A stretch of 64,000 bases of DNA. It comes from Octopus vulgaris (taxonomy: Eukaryota). Below the pieces are notes generated by a model, which saw only the letters and a program-made list of their open reading frames with translations, was not told where the DNA came from and did no database searches. Every line of letters starts with the position of its first letter. Within the stretch, counting starts at the first letter, position 1. Both the position numbers and the translations under genes were made by a program. Shown piece after piece: positions 55,277 to 64,000 of the stretch. The DNA is taken from positions 112,654,001 through 112,718,000 of the forward strand of contig OX597818.1 of assembly GCA_951406725.2 (NCBI GenBank), written 5' to 3'.

Positions 55277-55852
55277 CATACATGCGTATATATATACAGC
55301 TCATGCATATATATATACACACATGAGTTGGAGAGAAAAGTCTTCGTGTGCGTGTGTTTCCGTGTGGTGTGTGAATGCTCCTGCAATAAATTGAATAAAA
55401 ATACAAAAATGTTCTAGACTCAGAAATTATATTATATCACAGAAAGAATAACTTTAAAGAAATTCTGTATAAGTTAATAGGTTCGTTTCATCTTCCAACC
55501 AATGTTCGCAGAGCAAATAAAATGATTTCTAAAGGAATTTATGCTTTACATAATTCTAAGTATACGGTGAAGAGGGAAACCTCAAGCACGCTTCTATGAA
55601 TGTCTAGCTGATATCATGAGATTTAGAATCACTGTATCTAGTCTTTAGGGAATTTCAAACTGGGTTTAATTGTTGTCACTGACTGGAGGACCGTGTGTTT
55701 TGTTGCGGTCTTTACATATTTTGATGTCCTTTCGGAAACTCGCAGCTGATGCTCAGCGTTTATTGTCGCTCTCTCTCTCTCTTTTTCTCTTTCTCTTTCT
55801 CCATAGTCTTTAACTAAATGATAGATCATTATTGCAGCTTCTCACAGATATT

Positions 55853-56014
<162 letters not shown>

Positions 56015-56247
56015 GTAACAAGCGGAAGTGTGATAGAACGTTAAGACTGAGTGCGCATGCTTTCCTCATTCGCTTTCTGTACCTCCTGCTTCCCTACTAA
56101 TACCTTCCCCTCTTTCTATTTAATTTTCCTTCCCTTTATCACTCAGTAGCTACCTCAGCTACCATTCTCTTGCGAAACTTCATAACATTCGCGTTCATCT
56201 CTGGATATTTACACTATTAAGGCCATAACCATACACGACTTTACACA

Positions 56248-56281
<34 letters not shown>

Positions 56282-56342
56282 GCACACACACACACTCACA
56301 CGCACACACACACATATATATATGTGTGTGTGTGTGTGTGTA

Positions 56343-56682
56343 TAAATCGGGGATGCAATGCGTGTGGAGATATGACAAGTTAGCTTGGGAGGATAAGCAG
56401 TTGTTTTCGTAGAAAAAGGTGGTAGTTTACCAATAATTGTCAGAGCACTGAGAACAGTGAGGAACAGTGAGAAGTACATGGAACAAATTGGGGCTGCAAT
56501 AAGGTTGGAGCATTTGCAGAAAACATACTGCTTGGAGCCGCTCCAATGCTCCAGATGGTGCTCGAAAAATAAGGAATATTACTTTAATTCACTGGTAATG
56601 AACAACTGACACCGTTGTACATCTCCAGTGTTAGAAGCTGTGCAAAGGCAATAATAATAATACTTTGAAAATAACAATGACA
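56343..56682 (+). mobile_element. R4/Dong-like 3' fragment with (AAT)n tail
   Basis: KKVVV.PIIVRALRTV..EKYMEQIGAAIRLEHLQKT.LLGAA; tail GGCAATAATAATAAT. Confidence 0.75.
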
Positions 56683-57141
56683 AGCTCAAAGACATACTGA
56701 AATTCTACAAGGTCCATATATAAACAGTGCACTATAAATGACACAACATTCCGCTGGCCATAAATTAATACAGCAGAAATACTAAAGCCAAAACTAAACA
56801 CTTGAAAACCCCAGACGCACAAATCTGTACTAAGTAGTACAGCGAAAGCACGCAATAAATATATTACTATTGAAAGGAGAAAAAATAACAGTCATGGCGG
56901 AAATAATTAAAGAACCACTTTTACGTCAATACTAAATCAATGTAGCGTGCAATCTCGAATGTCTGTTTAAAATAATAGCTCCAGATTGGAAATGGAAATA
57001 TATGAGACTTAAACATGGAATATTTTGAGTAATTCTATTAATATAAAAACTTAAACAGACGTTCGTATTGCTGGTGAATACAATAACGTCAGTGCTAGGT
57101 CTACTAGTAACAACACGCAAGATTGTTATCTGTTAGAATAT

Positions 57142-57179
<38 letters not shown>

Positions 57180-57988
57180 GAAAGGAGAATAGGAAGGGGG
57201 ATATCCATACTCCTCTCTCTATCTATCTTACTAATCTATCTATATATCTATCTGTATGTCTATCAGCCTATATACCTACCGATTTTTCTATCTATCATTC
57301 TCCACTTTCATGGAGCCTCACCCGAAGAAACAATAACAATGTACTCCTCTTCGAAACCCCCCCACCACCACCACCAAATATTTAATATAAATAAACAAGG
57401 TGTTTGTATATTCAGAAAATTCTATTTGACAAGTTCGAGAAACAAACCTAAGCGCTAATAATAATGAATATATAATAATGAATAATAATGAATAATAATA
57501 ATGAATAATAATAATGAATAATGAAAAGATGTTTTCTAAAATTCTTGCGACCTTTTTTTTCAATATATATATATATGAACCTTTAGGGATGAGACGGTGA
57601 TGCAAGCAGCGATTGAGAAACGAAATGTGACTACAGAAACACAAACACATATATGTATGAATGTATGTATAAATGTATGTATGTATGTGTGTATGCTTGT
57701 ACGTATGTATTGTCACACAGTTGGGGTGTTTCAATTCCTAGACCTAGTGGAGCGCTGTACTCTTGAGCAAAAGACTTCATCTTACGATGGTCTGCGATTG
57801 CTTCAACATAAGACCTGTGGCACATCGTACACTGATGCAGGGTGAGAATTGATATACAGCAGATACATTTGACATTATGAAGAATTTAATTTGTTCAGAT
57901 CCTTCAGGTCTTATTTTTCTATTTAATATGACTTCTAATATGTATTTTTAACTTTGACCCGTTAATAATACTAATAGTAAGTTAGATA

Positions 57989-58058
57989 GCCTGAGGACGC
58001 ACTGATGGATTTATGTATTAGTTATATACACCCCCACCAGCGCAGAAATACGTGTAGC
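57989..58058 (+). ncRNA. Degenerate type I hammerhead motif
   Basis: GC-CTGAGGA-CGCACTG..CAGCGCA-GAAAT-ACGT-GTA-GC; palindromic ACGT loop; GAAAC->GAAAT change; only 2 bp of stem I. Confidence 0.55.
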
Positions 58059-58103
58059 ATTGATTGAAACACCTTCTTTCCTCACAGACTAATAACAGAA
58101 AGG

Positions 58104-58141
<38 letters not shown>

Positions 58142-58144
<3 letters not shown>

Positions 58145-58307
58145 CGCAGGAGTGGCGGTGTGGTAAGTAGCTTGCTAACCAACCACATGGTTCCGGGTTC
58201 AGTCACACTGCGTGGCATCTTGGGCAAGTGTCTTCTGCTATAGCCCCGGGCCGACCAATGCCTTGTGAGTGGATTTGGTAGACGGAAACTGAAAGAAGCC
58301 TGTCGTA

Positions 58308-58366
<59 letters not shown>

Positions 58367-58577
58367 TTGTGTGTCTGTGTTTGTCCCCCTAGCATTGCTT
58401 GACAACCGATGTTGGTGTGTTTACGTCCCCGTCACTTAGCGGTTCGGCAAAAAGAGACCGATAGAATAAGTACTGGGCTTACAAAGAATAATTCCCAGGG
58501 TCGATTTGCTCGACTAAAGGCGGTGATCCAGCATGGCCGCAGTCAAATGACTGAAACAAGTAAAAGAGAAAAGAGAA
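58142..58577 (+). mobile_element. SINE family A, full-length
   Basis: tRNA-like head GGCGCAGGAGTGGCGGTGTGGTAAG..GGGTTCAGTC, central TA/TG tract, (A/G)-rich tail. Confidence 0.93.
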
Positions 58578-58818
58578 TATATCAAATAATGTTATTGTAA
58601 TTTATATTATTTTTGGGAATATAACTTTCTATGTGTATTCCATACAATAAGTTTATCCTGAAATAGAATTTGTGGTGCTATTTGTAAAATCACAAATTTG
58701 TAATAATATTATAAATGATATTATTTACATTGCGTTAGTAAAGTGTAAAATATTAAATGTCCTGATAACCTGGAATACTTATTATTCCCTAAGATTTTTA
58801 AAATATACATACATACAT

Positions 58819-58908
<90 letters not shown>

Positions 58909-59090
58909 ATATATATACAGAAGTTTATAGTCGACATTCTTGTATGAGATTTCGTGAATGAATCAGAAAATATAGAAAATTCTAAGTGTTGTTCGGAGGT
59001 AATTGTTGATTGTTATTATTCGGGAAAATTGCACATTTTTGGGGTGTTTACACTTTAGCGGTGGGATGAAAATAGTGAGATGAAATATGT

Positions 59091-59202
59091 ACCGCGCTGG
59101 ATATGCGATCGTGGATTAAAATATTTACCGCGTTAGATATGCGATCGCGGATTATAATATTTACTGCGTTGGATATGCGATCGTGGATTAAAATATTTAC
59201 CG
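59091..59202. repeat. 36-bp minisatellite x3
   Basis: ACCGCGCTGGATATGCGATCGTGGATTAAAATATTT at 59091, 59127 and 59163. Confidence 0.92.
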
Positions 59203-59537
59203 AATCCAAAATTGGTTATGTGTTCATAATTCGGTGTTTTGTATTTTTCGATAAAAAGGTTTTATCTATTTAATCGGTCTTGTAAAAAAATTGTTTCCTT
59301 GCGATAGTAGAAGGAGAAAACCGTGAAGTTTGGTTGAGATTCTCTTCATATGTCACTATATGTTCACTCAAAGATATCTGTCCATACCATTGGACACAAA
59401 TCTGTTCCTCATGCAGTATAGTATACTGACTAACTGATAAAGTTTCTATCCACAAACTGAACAAGTTATAATTTGTTCAGCACAGAGACAATTCATTTTT
59501 AGTATATACACACACACACACATGCACACATACGCAC

Positions 59538-59616
<79 letters not shown>

Positions 59617-60441
59617 CAATTTACAACGCAATTCGAAAATGCCCGCTATTTACAAATATTTGTAAAGGGTGAACATATCTATATGCTACGTTAGATACAT
59701 TGGTTGTTCGTCTGGTATGTTGATTTCGTTCATTCGTAATAAATCTTGAATTATGCTTGCACTGAGGATTAAAAAGTGCATTACTGCAATAATTATGAAA
59801 TCACGGTGACATGCAACTAAATTCTGTTTTTAAATTACTTGCTTCGAGAGTTGCATTCGGTACGATGTGTTTATTTATTTTGGCAGTTTTGACTTTTGGC
59901 ATTTGTGTATAGTAATGCCCTTTATATAATATATATATATATATATCCTTTAAATTCGTTTATGAGAAACGTTTTTCAGTACGCATATAAAAAGCTGCTC
60001 TTTTATTATGTCAGGTACAACCCAGTGATCCCAACATGCAATAACAGCTTTATGAGAACGTACAGAGCTGTGCTGACTTAGTGCAGGATAAATATAGTAA
60101 TAATAATAAAACTAAACCAAGGATAGGATTTTAAATATATTTCTGAGCATTGCAACGCGTATTTCCACGAAACAATTGATTTTGTGACCAAAGACCACGA
60201 ACCTATTCTTGATGGAGAGAAGGAAATAGGCAGAGCGATTACATTGGAAAATAGGGAGAGGTTATTAGAAACTAAATTTCTCCTTCTTTACAATCCATAA
60301 TGTTGAAAATTCAAAAAGATTTTAATAGAAGCTATAAACTTATATTTTTGTGATTCTCAAATCGATATATTTATGTTGCAAATAGCTAGATTCATATACA
60401 AACACATACAGACACACACAGCCCCTCCACATACACGCCCC

Positions 60442-60484
<43 letters not shown>

Positions 60485-61759
60485 CTAAGACAGAGAGAGA
60501 GACAGACAAACAGACAGACAGAGAGGCAGATATATATAGACAGAACTTTAAAGCATCAAATTTTAAGTATTGTTTCGGATATATATATAATTATGAAATA
60601 TTTTGCATTTAATTCAATCTGCAGGCATATCTGCAGTAACATACACTTTAAAGGAAATGAATTAGATCAACTTAATAACTATCAATATCGGGGTAGGAGA
60701 CGTATAGAAGAAACGCATATTACAAGCTTGGAGATCAAAGATATAAAATTGTTTTAAAATATAGCTATAGGCATGTTTAAAAAAAATCGATACTTGTGAA
60801 ATATATTTTAAACTTCCTATCATATATAATGTGATGTCATTTTGAAATGTACATAATTGCATGTGGTATATTATTTCGCCAACCGATATCATATTAATTG
60901 TTTCCTTTTTTTTAATTATTCTGTAATGGATTTGATTGCCATTTGAAATAAAGCTGTATGTAACTCTCTACTGAAATCAATTTGATCTGACCCCTGTTAT
61001 TCTATCAACCTCTCCGTATATATCACTGTTTCTTTTCACAAACACACACAGCCACACCCCACACCCCACACACATAGACACCCACACACACAAACACACG
61101 CATGTGTGTATACATATTCATAGAACTGTATAATTAGTCTTACAGAAGCACAAACTCGCCTACCCAACCGCCCTACATACATACGAATGTATATTCAGTG
61201 AATGGATCGTTAAATCGTTAGACACGCCAATATGCTAACAAACAGAGAGCAACAGAAGAAACTGGTGGGAGGACACGTTAATAGCTAGCATGATCGATTC
61301 ACTGATTGACTTTGGTCGTTGTTGGAGGATTCGCTTCTAAGTAAAAAGAATATGCAGTTGTCTGATTAGTGAGCGTTTGAAATTCAAGAGTTGTTGAAAT
61401 TGTTAATCAGCAACGTAATACTTGCTTTGCTATTATCTTCTTCTGAAGTTATGGAGACATTGAGGATTTGAACACCATAAAAGTAATTCATATATCAAAA
61501 GGTATTAGTTTTAGGAGAGACATGAATCTTCTTCAAACAGAGACGATGTTCTTCAATGCTGATGCTGTGCACAGTGAAGAAATAAGGTCGCGCTTTGTGG
61601 TACTAATATTGTTTTCAATATATATAAGAGGAGTGATGTTTCACAATGCATGGAACGGACATTGGTAATATCAAAATGGTTATAATTGGCGTTGCATTGT
61701 TTCTGTACAATACACTGTTCGGCAAATGATTGCATTCCGAAACCACAGAAATATTGGAT

Positions 61760-62405
61760 CCAAATGTTGGTACAAGACCATCAATTTCCAGGGTGGGTGA
61801 AATTAGCCTAGATCGACGCCGAAAAGATAAAAGGCAGAAGCGACCTCGGTGGAATTTGAAGTCAGGACAGAAAGACGGATGAAATGCTGCTGAGCATTTT
61901 GGGCGGCGTGTTCAAGACTCTGTCAGCTTGCAGCCTTAAACAAAGACACCCGAAACATTGGTTTCAAATTTTAGCACAAGGCCTGCAAATTGGGGCAGGA
62001 GGGATAGTCGATTACATCCACCCTAGTACTTAACTGGTACTTATTTTATTGACCCCCTGAAATGATGAAAGGCAAAGACGACCTCGGTAGAATTAGTTCT
62101 CAGAACATAAATCCGGACGAAACACCGCTAACTATGTCGCCCGGCGTGCTACAGATTCTGCGAGCTCGCCGCCTGAAACAGCCGGAATATTCCTTTCTAT
62201 TCTAGGCACAAGGCTCAGTAATTTTAGGGAAGGGGCAAGTCGGTTAGATCTATCCCGGTACGCAACTGGTAGTTAATTTATCGACCCCGAAAGGATGAAA
62301 GGCAAAGTCGACCTCGGCGGAATTTGAACTCAGAACATAGCGGCAGACGAAATAGGGCTACGCATTTCGCCCGGCGTGCTAACGTTTCTGCCAGCTCGCC
62401 GCCTT
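61760..62405 (-). mobile_element. Three head-to-tail SINE family B copies (61760-61937, 61958-62174, 62190-62405)
   Basis: Family motifs present three times; TSD AAA(C/T)AGCCGGAATATT at 62176-62191 and 62406-62421 around the third copy. Confidence 0.9.
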
Positions 62406-64000
62406 AAATAGCCGGAATATTGAAACACGTATTCGTAACCGGGCTGCTCTGTAAACTGTATGCGCCCGGGCTCGTATACTCGTAAACTATCCGCCTAGCA
62501 TTTATAATACATATTTTTAAGTAGTACTGAAAATAGCTTATCAAACAAAATGAAGGTATTGAATGCTCATTTAAAGTAATTATCAATTTCGAATCAATTG
62601 TTTATATATATATATATATGTCGTTTAAAACACTTTTTCTTCAAAACAACATCAAATTTCATTTCGAAATTGAATATTTCACAGTTATTCACTACTTGAA
62701 GATATTCTTTCTATGATTTGTGCCAAAGCCAATACAAGTAAACAATAAAATCGTCGATACCTGTAAAACTCTCAACTCTAATACTTATGAAGCTATAAAT
62801 AGAACAATAAAAATAATTTTCTACTAACCAAAAAATAGACCATGGCGTTCAATGTGTCAAGTTACATAAATACATATTAGTTTTAAAACTAAACTGAATT
62901 TGCTTAAGAAAATCTTGAAAATGGAGAGAATTTGAATGGTTAATGTACTTAAATCCATTTTAGATTATAACATTTTTTACAATTAAAATGATCAGAAATA
63001 GTCTGCTACGTAAAGCTATTATATCGCGTAGATAATTAGAAAATTTGGAGATTAAGCAGTGTGCACTAGTTGTCATCTTCCTGTCTAAATCTAATTAATG
63101 ACTCGTAAAAATTTGTTGAGATTTCATTTCAATTTACGGTTTCCATATTCGTATTATTGTCTAAATTAGTATATCTTTGGTATTGTAAGGTATTTCTTAA
63201 CTATTTCATAATAATACCCGGGAATTATATGATGTAGCCTAGGGGATATGCCCGGATCTTAGATATGATAGCTTTGATATCCCACGAAAAAGAATCTGCT
63301 GGGCAGATTTCGGTATTTATCAGGAAGGTGGACAGTTTAATATGAGAGGTAGAGATGGCCATAGCTTACAGAAATTTCATCATGATATTCGAAGAAATAC
63401 TTTTAAAGATAACAGTAGATTCGAAACCAAGTGTGGTTAAACCAGTGCATGGAATTCTATATTTAAATCTATTTTACGATGAATGGAGTCTTTAAAATGT
63501 AATCAAACGAAAGACCAGGCTACATTCCACACAGCCTCCAATAAACATGTGAAACTTTGCCAATAATATTAGTTTTCAATATTTGGCCTGCGATGTTGAA
63601 GTCGTGGTATATATCTGTAATATTGACTCCAGTGATCAAGTACTTATCTTATTCACGCAGCAAAGATGAAAGCTGGAACGACCTCAACGGAAATTAATTT
63701 AATGATAGTCATAAGCTCACAACCAGTTTAGTCTTGCAAACGAATCCTTTATATGAATTGTGTATAATAGGCAGCGTGCATGAAATTGCATTGGATTCTA
63801 AGATAGAATGCTTTAGATAGTTGACAGAATGATTACACTATGCACAGAAATGGATAGCAAATATCAGATAATACAACGTGTGATACAGAATAGGAACTCA
63901 GAAGATTCTATTTCTCAAGAAATAATCATAAAAATAAGGCACTGTATAGTGCCTTCTTTGTTTGTAAACACAAAGGTTTTTTCCATTTCATACACGCGCA

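Overview
AT-rich, microsatellite-saturated eukaryotic DNA. The tRNA-derived SINE families and repeat landscape suggest a cephalopod (Octopus-like) intergenic or intronic region; this is inference. No intact host protein-coding gene is supportable, and nearly all ORFs in the track are translations of (TA)n, (TATG)n, (GATA)n, (TG)n or (TTA)n. The window is a mosaic of mobile elements: a 5'-truncated CR1-group LINE with an open RT frame, several R4/Dong-like RLE retrotransposon relics, RTE and L1/Tx1-like fragments, a SINE-interrupted mariner, about 20 SINE copies from 3 families, and Penelope-like element (PLE) pieces including a GIY-YIG C-terminus. The most striking signal read from the sequence is at least 10 type I hammerhead ribozyme (HHR) motifs (CUGANGA...GAAAC-loop-GUH, loop usually palindromic) from about 6 sequence families. 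Most lie in direct or inverted repeats next to (TA)n tracts. They include a 396-nt retrozyme-like tandem unit, HHRs with long stem II extensions, and an inverted pair sharing a non-canonical CUGAUUA core. Different retrotransposon classes also appear to partition among different microsatellites.
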